DNA of 61,115 bases, the filler included. It is 4 parts of 4 records of this genome, joined end to end, with 100 filler letters (N's around TTAATTAATTAA, not from the genome) between each part and the next. Parts side by side here need not be neighbours in the genome. Positions count along the whole stretch, not along the records: positions 30,942 to 52,426 come from DRR723986_5806; 3 more parts are not named here. One strand, given 5' to 3'. The position numbers and the translations under genes were made by a program. This document shows, one piece after another, positions 40,689 to 49,300 of the stretch. Below the pieces are notes generated by a model. It was not told where the DNA came from. It ran no database searches and saw nothing but the letters and a program-made list of their open reading frames with translations. Numbering within the stretch: position 1 is the stretch's first letter; each line of letters opens with the position of its first letter.

Positions 40689-42013
40689 AAACCCAGCCTT
40701 TCCGATTGTGCCGAGGCCCACGCGCCCGCGGCCCCACTGGCCTGCCGATACCGGGCAAAGGGGGCGGCGCGCGGTTCGGTCTGATGAAACATATCGCGGG
40801 ACATGCGGCTGTCTTTGGCCAGATAAATACGCCCGCCATAGTGGCAGGTGATCGCATCAAGCTGCTGCATCAAGGCCAGGGTTTTCGCTGTAACAGGAAA
40901 ATCCAGGGCCAGCGTGTAGCCCGCCATGGGAAATGACAGCGGGCTGTCTTGGGCGCCAAGCCGCTTGAGCACCGCCAGAAACGAGCCCGCGCCCGCCGCC
41001 GAAATAGCCGCCAAAAGCGCGCGCAGCCCGGCTTCGGCCTGGGCCAAAGGGATGACGCATTGAAACTGGGCAAACCCGCGGCGACCATAGATTTTATTCC
41101 ACCCCAAAATGGCATCGAGCGGGTAAAAATAGCTGTCCCAATCCACCAAACTATGCCCGGGCCCGCGCGCGCCCTGCCAATAATATAGCGCGTTAAAGGC
41201 ACGCACAGTGGCGCTGTTTAGCAGCCAGCTGGGCGGGGTTATGGGCATATGCAGCTGCCGCCTTTTTGGGGGGGCAAAGGGCGCGGCGCGGGCCTTGGGT
41301 GGTAAATCGGCGGGTGTTGCATGCTCGCCCAGCATCACCAGCGACCGGCCCATGGCCGCGCCACGCTGCAGGCAATCGATCCATGCCACAGAATATGTGG
41401 CGTCTTGGGCCTGTTCGAACAGCGCGATTGCCTGGCCAATATCGCGCGCCACCTGGCGCTTTTGCACGATCCAGCCGCTGGATACCGGGCGCAGGCGCAA
41501 GGCCAGCCGGTAAATAACACCCGTCAGGCCCATGCCCCCCAGCGTGTGCTGAAACAGCTGTGGGTTTTCGCTGCGCGAACAGCGCAGTATCTGCCCGCTG
41601 TGATCCACCAAATCCAGCCAATCGACATAGGCACCAAAGCCACCTTCCTTGTGGTGGTTTTTGCCATGCACATCGGCCGCAACCGCCCCCCCAAGCGTGA
41701 CAAATTTGGTGCCGGGCGTGACATAGGGAAACCAGCCGCGCGGCAGGAATGCGGCAATAACGTCGCCCAGCAAAACCCCCGCCTCGGCCACCAATTGGCC
41801 GCTGTCGGGGCAAAACTGCAGCATGCGGTTCAGCGCGCGCATATCGATTGTGCAGCGGCTGTTGATGGCACTGTCGCCATAGGCGCGCCCGTTGCCGCGG
41901 GCAATGGCGGGGCCGCCGTTTTGGGCCATGGCGCGCAGTGCCTCGGGGCTTTGGGGTTTGCGCAGATGGGCCTGCAGGCGCGGGTATTGGCCCCAGCCAG
42001 ACACTGTGCTCAT
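40685..42013 (-). CDS. FAD-linked oxidase, DprE1-like (polyprenyl-phosphoribose 2'-oxidase)
   Basis: ARGNGRAYGD, VTPGTKFVTLGGAVAADVHGKNHH, YSVAWID, FAQFQCV, YLAKDSR. Confidence 0.9.
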   Translation of the reverse strand: MSTVSGWGQYPRLQAHLRKPQSPEALRAMAQNGGPAIARGNGRAYGDSAINSRCTIDMRALNRMLQFCPDSGQLVAEAGVLLGDVIAAFLPRGWFPYVTPGTKFVTLGGAVAADVHGKNHHKEGGFGAYVDWLDLVDHSGQILRCSRSENPQLFQHTLGGMGLTGVIYRLALRLRPVSSGWIVQKRQVARDIGQAIALFEQAQDATYSVAWIDCLQRGAAMGRSLVMLGEHATPADLPPKARAAPFAPPKRRQLHMPITPPSWLLNSATVRAFNALYYWQGARGPGHSLVDWDSYFYPLDAILGWNKIYGRRGFAQFQCVIPLAQAEAGLRALLAAISAAGAGSFLAVLKRLGAQDSPLSFPMAGYTLALDFPVTAKTLALMQQLDAITCHYGGRIYLAKDSRMSRDMFHQTEPRAAPFARYRQASGAAGAWASAQSERLGL

Positions 42014-42429
42014 GCCGCGCCCCCAAGCGAACGGGAAAAGACAAACCGCTTGTCGAGGTTATATTTCACCACATAGCCCACGCTTAGGCCCAAAACAGCG
42101 CCCAATTCGCGCATGGCCTCGGTGCCCCACAACAGCCAAAACGCGGTTTCCGTGCCCCAAAACAGCACGGTTGTGACCAGCCCCATCGCAGAATACAGGG
42201 CAAATTTCTGCCCATGGGCCCGCATGCCGCGGCTGGTGTCGGCAAAGATCCAGCGTTTGTCCAAGGCATATTTCACCACCAGCCCCACCAATGTGCCAAG
42301 GCCCAGGGCCAGCGCCAAACGGCCCGTGCCCGGCCATGCAAAAAAGACCAGCCGTTGCACGGCCAAATTGGCCAGCGTAGCCAGCACCGCAAAAAGCGTG
42401 TAGCGCAGCACCAAGACCTGCCAGCTCAT
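42010..42429 (-). CDS. GtrA-family flippase-like membrane protein
   Basis: Four TMs, KYALDKRWIF and KYNLDKRFVF repeats; ATGA overlaps at both ends. Confidence 0.88.
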   Translation of the reverse strand: MSWQVLVLRYTLFAVLATLANLAVQRLVFFAWPGTGRLALALGLGTLVGLVVKYALDKRWIFADTSRGMRAHGQKFALYSAMGLVTTVLFWGTETAFWLLWGTEAMRELGAVLGLSVGYVVKYNLDKRFVFSRSLGGAA

Positions 42430-43880
42430 AACAGCGCGCCCCCTGCGGTAAAGGCCAGTATCAGCGCCAGGCACAGCAGGCTTACGCGGTCTTTGGCGGC
42501 GAAAACCACCGGGTCATCTGGCATGGCGCCGCGATGTGTCAGCAATACGATGCGCGTCAGCCAATAAAGCAGCACTGCGCAAATCCCCCATAGCGCATAG
42601 GGGTTGGCGTATAGCTCTTGCACAGCGGGCGCGTTCACATAAAGCGCCATCACCAAAACCGAGATATAGCCCGCCGCCAGCCCCACCATGCTGATAATGG
42701 GCAAATCTTGCACATGATAGCCACGCCCCCGCGCGGTCAGCGCGCCACGTTCGGCCATATCAACCAGCTCGGCCTGGCGTTTCACCGCAGCCAGGGCGAA
42801 AAAGAAAAACGTGGAAAAAGCCAGCAGCCACACCGATAAGTCAATGCCGCTGGCCACCGCCCCGGCAATAAGGCGCATGGTGTAAAGCCCGGCCAACACA
42901 CAGATATCCAAAACAATCTGGCGTTTCAGCGCCAGCGAATAGGCCGTGGTTAAGATGTAATACACCCCCAAAACCAGCGCAAATGCCGCGCCCAGATAGG
43001 CCGCAATCGCAGCCCCGGCCAGGGCCAGCCCCACCGCCATAGCCGCCCCCTGCGCCAAGGGCACCGCCCCGGCGGCAAAGGGGCGCAGGCGCTTGCGCGG
43101 GTGGGCACGATCAGCGCCGAGATCCAAAAGATCGTTCAACACATAAACGCTAGAGGCCACCAGGCTAAAGGCCACAAAGGCCCAAAAGCTGTGCATCACC
43201 GTGGCCAAGCCCAGCTGGTGCGAGGCCAGCATGGGCAGGAAAACCAACACGTTTTTCAACCACTGATGGGGCCGCAGCGCCGCCAGATAGGGCCAGCCCC
43301 CCCGCGCGGCGCCCGCCAAATGCAGCGTAGGTTTGCCCAGCCCCTGGGCCTGGCTGCGCAGGCGGGCGGGGGCATCTACCGTTATCACCTGCCCTGCCAC
43401 GGCCCAAACCGGCAGATCGGCCTGTGCATCGCCCATATAGGCAAACTGGCCTGCGCCAAAGCGCTGGCACAAAAACGCGGCCTTGGCCTGCCCTTTCAGG
43501 TTTGTCACCGCGTCCGAGCCATGCACCTCGTCAAACAGCTGCAAATGCGCGGCAATCTGTTCAGCCCAGGCCGTGTTTGCGGCTGTCACCAGCGCCACAC
43601 GCCCACCCAAGGCGCGATGCGCCGCGATATGATCCAACACAGCCGGGTTATAGGGCAGGGTTGCGGCATCTACCCGCGCTTGCCCCTGCAGATAGGCCTT
43701 TAACGCAGCGCGCCCCTGCATCAGCGCGGCCATTGCCAGGAAAGGGCTGCGCCAATTGCGCCCAAAAGCCGACCAGAAACTTTCATGCAGCATATCCGAT
43801 TGCAGCAAGGTGCCATCCAGATCGACCACCAAAACCATGGCGGCCAAATCCATGGGCGCAGATGCACCCATATCACCCAT
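42426..43880 (-). CDS. HAD phosphatase fused to UbiA-family polyprenyl-phosphate phosphoribosyltransferase
   Basis: HAD VDLDGTL...YMGDAQAD; UbiA RPHQWLKN, YVLNDLLD...DRAHPRKRLRPFAAG, DDPVVFA. Confidence 0.9.
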   Translation of the reverse strand: MGDMGASAPMDLAAMVLVVDLDGTLLQSDMLHESFWSAFGRNWRSPFLAMAALMQGRAALKAYLQGQARVDAATLPYNPAVLDHIAAHRALGGRVALVTAANTAWAEQIAAHLQLFDEVHGSDAVTNLKGQAKAAFLCQRFGAGQFAYMGDAQADLPVWAVAGQVITVDAPARLRSQAQGLGKPTLHLAGAARGGWPYLAALRPHQWLKNVLVFLPMLASHQLGLATVMHSFWAFVAFSLVASSVYVLNDLLDLGADRAHPRKRLRPFAAGAVPLAQGAAMAVGLALAGAAIAAYLGAAFALVLGVYYILTTAYSLALKRQIVLDICVLAGLYTMRLIAGAVASGIDLSVWLLAFSTFFFFALAAVKRQAELVDMAERGALTARGRGYHVQDLPIISMVGLAAGYISVLVMALYVNAPAVQELYANPYALWGICAVLLYWLTRIVLLTHRGAMPDDPVVFAAKDRVSLLCLALILAFTAGGALL

Positions 43881-44040
43881 GCTGAACCGGGCCCAACAGG
43901 GGCAAAGGCCAGGGAGGGGGGCAGATAGGCATGCGCAAAACGGCCTCTTTGATGCACGTATTCAGAAGGTTAGAATATTTGCACCCGCCACGCCAGTTCT
44001 TTGCGCCTGGCGGTTTTGCCAATGCAGCCGGGATGCGGGG

Positions 44041-45207
44041 CTAATCGGTGCCAAACAGATCGCGGGTAAACAGCTTGCCTGCAACATCGGCCAATTCCGG
44101 GGCATGGCGGTTGGCCACGATAACATCTGCGGTGGCTTTGAAACGGGTCAGATCATCGACCACCTCAGAGCCAAAAAAACTGGGCTCGGGGTAGCTGGGT
44201 TCGTATACGATCACGCGCACGCCCTTGGCCTTGATGCGCTTCATAATGCCTTGCACCGACGATTGGCGAAAATTGTCCGAGCCGCTTTTCATCACCAGCC
44301 GATACACCCCCACCACATTTGGGGCCTTGGCCAAAATCGCCTCGGCCAGAAAATCTTTTCGGGTGCGGTTGGCATCGACAATGGCCGCGATCAGGTTTTG
44401 CGGCACGTCCGAATAATTGGCCAGCAATTGCCGGGTATCTTTGGGCAGGCAATAGCCGCCATAGCCAAACGAGGGGTTGTTGTAATGCTGGCCAATCCGC
44501 GGGTCTAGGCCCACGGCGTTGATGATCTGGCGGCTATCAAGCCCCCGCGCCAGGGCGTAGCTGTCAAGCTCGTTAAAAAAGGCCACGCGCATGGCAAGAT
44601 AGGTATTGGCAAACAGCTTTACCGCCTCGGCCTCGGCCGGGCCTGTCAGCACGATCTCGGCGGTATCGGTGGCAGCGCCCTGCCGCAAGAGTGCGGCAAA
44701 TTCCTGTGCCTGCGCGCAACTGCCCCCCACCACGATGCGCGAGGGGTAAAGATTGTCGTAAAGCGCGCGCCCCTCGCGCAGAAATTCGGGCGAGAACAAG
44801 ATTGCATCGGTTTGAAAACGCTGGCGCATGCGGTCGACAAACCCCACAGGAATGGTGGATTTGATCACAATCACCGCCTGCGGATTGGCCTGGCGCACAT
44901 CGCCCAACACCTGTTCAACGGTGCGCGTATCAAACTGGTTGGTCACGCTGTCATAATTGGTGGGGGTGGCCACCACCACAAACCGCGCCCCCCGATAGGC
45001 CTGGGCCGCATCGGTGGTGGCCTGCAAATCCAGCGGCTTTTGTGCCAAAAACTGCTGCATCTCGGCATCTTCGATGGGGCATTCGCGGCGGTTCACCGCC
45101 GCTACGCGCGGCGCATCGACATCCAGCGCCACAACGGTGTTATGCTGGGCCAACAACACCGCATTCGACAGGCCAACATAGCCCAAACCAACCACTGCAA
45201 TTTTCAT
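44041..45207 (-). CDS. ugd: UDP-glucose 6-dehydrogenase
   Basis: [46 protein letters not shown]. Confidence 0.93.
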   Translation of the reverse strand: MKIAVVGLGYVGLSNAVLLAQHNTVVALDVDAPRVAAVNRRECPIEDAEMQQFLAQKPLDLQATTDAAQAYRGARFVVVATPTNYDSVTNQFDTRTVEQVLGDVRQANPQAVIVIKSTIPVGFVDRMRQRFQTDAILFSPEFLREGRALYDNLYPSRIVVGGSCAQAQEFAALLRQGAATDTAEIVLTGPAEAEAVKLFANTYLAMRVAFFNELDSYALARGLDSRQIINAVGLDPRIGQHYNNPSFGYGGYCLPKDTRQLLANYSDVPQNLIAAIVDANRTRKDFLAEAILAKAPNVVGVYRLVMKSGSDNFRQSSVQGIMKRIKAKGVRVIVYEPSYPEPSFFGSEVVDDLTRFKATADVIVANRHAPELADVAGKLFTRDLFGTD

Positions 45208-45259
45208 CAAAACCAACCAAACTGAACACCTGCCATATGCCCCCCAAAATGGGGCACAA

Positions 45260-46561
45260 TTATGGCCCCGGCAGGTGCGGTGGGGCAATGTCATAGCGCA
45301 AGATATCGTCTTGCTCCAAATGGGCGCCAGTGCGCAGCTCGATCAGGGTCAGGGGCAGTTTGCCGGGGTTGGCCAGCTGGTGCACCGTGCCCGCCGGCGC
45401 ATAGGCGGCCTGCCCCTCGGGCAGCAGCTGCGTGGTGTAATCCAGCCGCAGCTGTGCAGTGCCGGCCACCACCACCCAATGCTCGGCGCAAAACTGGTGG
45501 CTGTGCAGGCCCATCTGGGCGCCAGGGTGCAGCACCACGCGCCGCACGGCAAAGCGCGGGCCTTGGGCCAGGGTTTCAAACCAGCCCCAGGGCCTGTCGG
45601 TGCGGCGGGGCGGCTGGGCTTGCACTGGCAATGGCACGGCCAGTGGCAGGCGGCCCGTGGGCCCCGCCGATGCCCCGCCCGCGCCATCCGGCCCAAGCGG
45701 GGCCACCAGCACCCCATCAGGCAGCGCCACCGCCAGGATATTTTCCAGCCCAAGCGCCACCAGCGGCTGGCCCGGATCGCCCGCCACCAGCAGGCAATCA
45801 CGGCACCCCAGCGCGGTGACAGGCCCCGACATGGCCACCGCCTGCGCATCTTCCCCCAAATGCCGGCGCAGGCCCTGCCAGCTGGCATGCACCCCGCCCT
45901 GGGCGCCGGGCACAGGCCAGTTTGGCAGATCGCCCAGCGCCTGCGCCAGCGGCGCCGCATCAACCACTGCCGTGCACTCATCAAGGCAGGTAAAGGCCAA
46001 ATCGCGCCGCGCAGCTGCAAGGGCGGCACCCCACGCCCCCATTTCTGTGCCCGCATGGCGCTGCAACAGCTGCACAATGCGGCCGGCCGTGCCAAACCAT
46101 AGGCCGGTATCATCCTGCTTGCCTGTGCAAAATTGCCCAATCTTGCCCTGCAAAATATCTGGCACCGCCCGCGGCACGGCCTGCGCCACGCCATCAAGCT
46201 GGGGCAGGCCACCGGCCAGGGGCAGCGCCAGCAGCCCCACCTCGGCACCAGCGCGCGCCTGCAGGTGCAGCGCCGCCAGCCCAAGGGCCATGGTGCGATC
46301 TGGCAGGCTGGGCAAGGCCAAGATATCGGCCGGCGCGATCCCAAGTGCCGCCAATTGACCAAGGGCCAGGAACCGGTGCGCCATGGCCACCACCACCAAT
46401 GGCCGCGCCATTTGCGGGCCGCGCAAGGCCTGCGCTGCGTTCTGAAACGCGCTGCGGCCCTGAAAAATCGGCGCAAAAATATCGGGGCAGGCAGCGCGCG
46501 CCATGGGCCACATCCCCGCATCTGCGCTATCGCAAATCAAGACCGGATAAATCTGGACCAT
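45260..46561 (-). CDS. Degenerate ManC-like protein (eroded nucleotidyltransferase domain + cupin isomerase domain)
   Basis: [19 protein letters not shown] aligns with ManC N-terminus but lacks GGxGxRL; cupin [31 protein letters not shown] intact. Confidence 0.72.
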   Translation of the reverse strand: MVQIYPVLICDSADAGMWPMARAACPDIFAPIFQGRSAFQNAAQALRGPQMARPLVVVAMAHRFLALGQLAALGIAPADILALPSLPDRTMALGLAALHLQARAGAEVGLLALPLAGGLPQLDGVAQAVPRAVPDILQGKIGQFCTGKQDDTGLWFGTAGRIVQLLQRHAGTEMGAWGAALAAARRDLAFTCLDECTAVVDAAPLAQALGDLPNWPVPGAQGGVHASWQGLRRHLGEDAQAVAMSGPVTALGCRDCLLVAGDPGQPLVALGLENILAVALPDGVLVAPLGPDGAGGASAGPTGRLPLAVPLPVQAQPPRRTDRPWGWFETLAQGPRFAVRRVVLHPGAQMGLHSHQFCAEHWVVVAGTAQLRLDYTTQLLPEGQAAYAPAGTVHQLANPGKLPLTLIELRTGAHLEQDDILRYDIAPPHLPGP

Positions 46562-46632
46562 AGCCAAAGCACCACGCAAAAACCCAAACCTGCCCAGTGA
46601 TGCTAGGGGCACGGGCCCCGCAAGGCCAGCCA

Positions 46633-46667
46633 AAACGCAAAAGGCCCGCCACATTGGGCGGGCCTTT
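46633..46667 (-). terminator. Intrinsic terminator after carboxynorspermidine dehydrogenase
   Basis: AAAGGCCCGCC-N6-GGCGGGCCTTT hairpin with T-rich tail on minus strand. Confidence 0.8.
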
Positions 46668-46688
46668 GGGTAAGGTTTCAGGCGCGCT

Positions 46689-47936
46689 TTAGGCGTTCCA
46701 CGCCTTGTCAGTGCCGCCCAAGCCGCCTTCCAATACGCGGGTGGGCAGGCCGATGCGATCAAGCACGCTAAAGAATGGCTTTGGATCCAGCTCTTCGACG
46801 TTGCGCATGGTTTTGGCATCCCATTCGCCAGTGGCCACCAACATGGCCGCAGCCACCGGCGGCACGCCCGCGGTATAGCTGATGCCTTGGCTGCCCACCT
46901 CTAGATACGCCTCTTTGTGATCGGCGACGTTATAGACAAACACCTCGACCTCTTTGCCGTCTTTGACGCCCTTCACCAGATCACCGATACAGGTTTTCCC
47001 GGTGTAATTGGGGGCCAGGCTGCTGGGGTCGGGCAGCACGGCCTTCACCACCTTTAGCGGCACCACTTCCAGCCCTTCGGCGGTTTTCACAGGCTGCTCG
47101 GACAGCAGGCCCAGGTTTTGCAGCACGGTGAAGACATTGATGTAATGCTCGCCAAAGCCCATCCAAAACCGCACATCCGCCTGCGGATAGTTGGTGGCCA
47201 GCGAATGCACCTCGTCATGGCCAGACTGGTAAGCGCGGCAGGTGCCCACCACCGGCAGATCCCAATCGCGGCCGGTTTCAAACATTTTCTTTTCTTTCCA
47301 CTGCTGGTCTTCCCAGTAGTAGACGACGCCAGTGAATTCGCGGAAATTGATCTCGGGGTCAAAGTTGGTGGCAAAATATTTGCCATGACTGCCGGCATTG
47401 ATATCGACGATATCGATCGATTTCACCTCGTCCATATATTCGTCGATGGCAAACCGCGCAAAGGCATTCACCACGCCGGGGTCAAAGCCCGCGCCCAAAA
47501 TCGCGGTAATGCCCTTTTCGGCGCAAAGATCGCGCTTTTTCCATTCGTAATTGGCATACCAAGGCGGGGTTTCGCAAATTTTGGTGGGGTCTTCGTGAAT
47601 GGCGGTGTCGATATAGGCGGCACCCGTTTCAATACAGGCATCCAGCACCGTCATATTCACAAAGGCCGAGCCTACGTTGATAACAATTTGCGCCCCCGTT
47701 TCGCCGATCAGCGCGGCCACGGCGGCACTGTCCATGGCATCCACCTGATGGGCCTGCAGAACGCCCTGCTGCTTCATCGCGCCTTTTTCATGGACCGACT
47801 CAAGGATCGCCTCGCATTTCGAAAGCGTCCGGCTGGCGATATGAATATCCCCCAGCACATCGTTGTTTTGCGCGCATTTATGCGCCACGACCTGAGCGAC
47901 GCCACCTGCGCCGATGATGAGAACGTTCTTTTTCAT
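46689..47936 (-). CDS. Carboxy(nor)spermidine dehydrogenase (saccharopine dehydrogenase family)
   Basis: IIGAGGVAQVVAHKC, GFDPGVVN, FATNFDPEINFRE, SQGISYTAGVP; paired with nspC. Confidence 0.9.
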   Translation of the reverse strand: MKKNVLIIGAGGVAQVVAHKCAQNNDVLGDIHIASRTLSKCEAILESVHEKGAMKQQGVLQAHQVDAMDSAAVAALIGETGAQIVINVGSAFVNMTVLDACIETGAAYIDTAIHEDPTKICETPPWYANYEWKKRDLCAEKGITAILGAGFDPGVVNAFARFAIDEYMDEVKSIDIVDINAGSHGKYFATNFDPEINFREFTGVVYYWEDQQWKEKKMFETGRDWDLPVVGTCRAYQSGHDEVHSLATNYPQADVRFWMGFGEHYINVFTVLQNLGLLSEQPVKTAEGLEVVPLKVVKAVLPDPSSLAPNYTGKTCIGDLVKGVKDGKEVEVFVYNVADHKEAYLEVGSQGISYTAGVPPVAAAMLVATGEWDAKTMRNVEELDPKPFFSVLDRIGLPTRVLEGGLGGTDKAWNA

Positions 47937-48022
47937 TTAACCCATCAAACCTCCTTGGGGTTACCGCTGTTCATCTGCGCCTTCGGGCGCCATGGCTGTG
48001 CCCATATGGGCGGCCACCGCCC

Positions 48023-49120
48023 CTATGACAGGGCGGCGGAAAAATCGGCGTAGTCGAAAGATTGCACCAAACGCACGGTGCCATCCAATTCGCGCAGGGC
48101 AATGCCCGGCATCTGCACGCCGTTAAACCAGTTCTTTTTAACCATTGTGTAACCACCTGCATCCTGGATGCTTAGCCTGTCACCGGGCTGCAGGGGCTGC
48201 TGGAAATTGAACTCGCCAAAAATATCGCCCGCAAGGCAGGATTTTCCGCACACCATCCACTGGTGCGGGCCCGTATTGGGCGCGATTTTGGCGCTTTCGC
48301 GGTAAATCAGCAGATCCAGCATATGGGCCTCGATGCTGCTATCAACAATGGCCAGGTTTTTGCCGTTGTTCAGCGTATCCAGCACCGTCACCTCCAGCGT
48401 GGTAGATTTGGTGATGGCGGCTTCGCCCGGCTCTAGATACACCTGCACCTCGTTTTGGCCGGCAAAGCGTTTCAACCGCTCGGCCAGCTTGTCCAGCGGA
48501 TAGCCCTCGCCGGTAAAGTGGATACCCCCGCCCAGGCTGATCCATTCCATCTGGCGAATCAGATGGCCAAAGCGCTGTTCGATCATGCCCAGCATTGCGT
48601 CAAAGCGCTGAAAATCGGCGTTTTCGCAATTGTTGTGGAACATAAAGCCGGAAATCAGCCCCAGCACAGGTTCAATCCCCTCGGGCGCATGTTCGCCCAA
48701 GCGGCTATAGGGGCGGGCGGGATCGGCCAGATCGAAACTGGATGTCGAAACGCCGGGGTTCACCCGCAGCCCGCGCTTGTGGCTGCGGCTGATCTGCTCG
48801 AAACGCAGCAATTGCGCGGCGGTGTTGAAAATAACCTTATCGGAATTTGCCAAAACCTGGGGCATTTCATCATCAGCCCAGGCCACCGAATAGGCATGGG
48901 TTTCACCGGGAAATTTCTCGCGCCCCAGTTTTACCTCGAACAAAGACGACGAGGTGGTGCCATCCATATACTCGCTCATAAAATCGAAAACCGACCATGT
49001 GGCAAAGCATTTCAACGCCAACAAAGATTTTGCACCCGACTGTTCGCGCAGCCAGGCAATTTTTTCCATGTTGGGTAACAACAGCGCCTTGTCGACAAGG
49101 TAGTAAGGCGTTTTTAGCAT
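48023..49120 (-). CDS. nspC: Carboxynorspermidine decarboxylase
   Basis: LLALKCF (PLP Lys), GLRVNP, SRLGE, SLGGG, YLEPGEA, SCLAGD, YTMVKKNWFNG. Confidence 0.92.
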   Translation of the reverse strand: MLKTPYYLVDKALLLPNMEKIAWLREQSGAKSLLALKCFATWSVFDFMSEYMDGTTSSSLFEVKLGREKFPGETHAYSVAWADDEMPQVLANSDKVIFNTAAQLLRFEQISRSHKRGLRVNPGVSTSSFDLADPARPYSRLGEHAPEGIEPVLGLISGFMFHNNCENADFQRFDAMLGMIEQRFGHLIRQMEWISLGGGIHFTGEGYPLDKLAERLKRFAGQNEVQVYLEPGEAAITKSTTLEVTVLDTLNNGKNLAIVDSSIEAHMLDLLIYRESAKIAPNTGPHQWMVCGKSCLAGDIFGEFNFQQPLQPGDRLSIQDAGGYTMVKKNWFNGVQMPGIALRELDGTVRLVQSFDYADFSAALS

Positions 49121-49300
49121 ATCTTCCCCCAATCATCCGGGCCAGTTGGCAGGAAAGGCAACAGAGCGCGCAGATAGGGCCTGTGGGGGCACAACTCAAG
49201 AAAAAACTTTGTAAAAACGCCATGCGCAGGCAAAACCTGACTGTGCAAAGGGCACATCTTTCCCAATGACGCGCGCGAATGCCTGTGATAGGGGCCAAGT

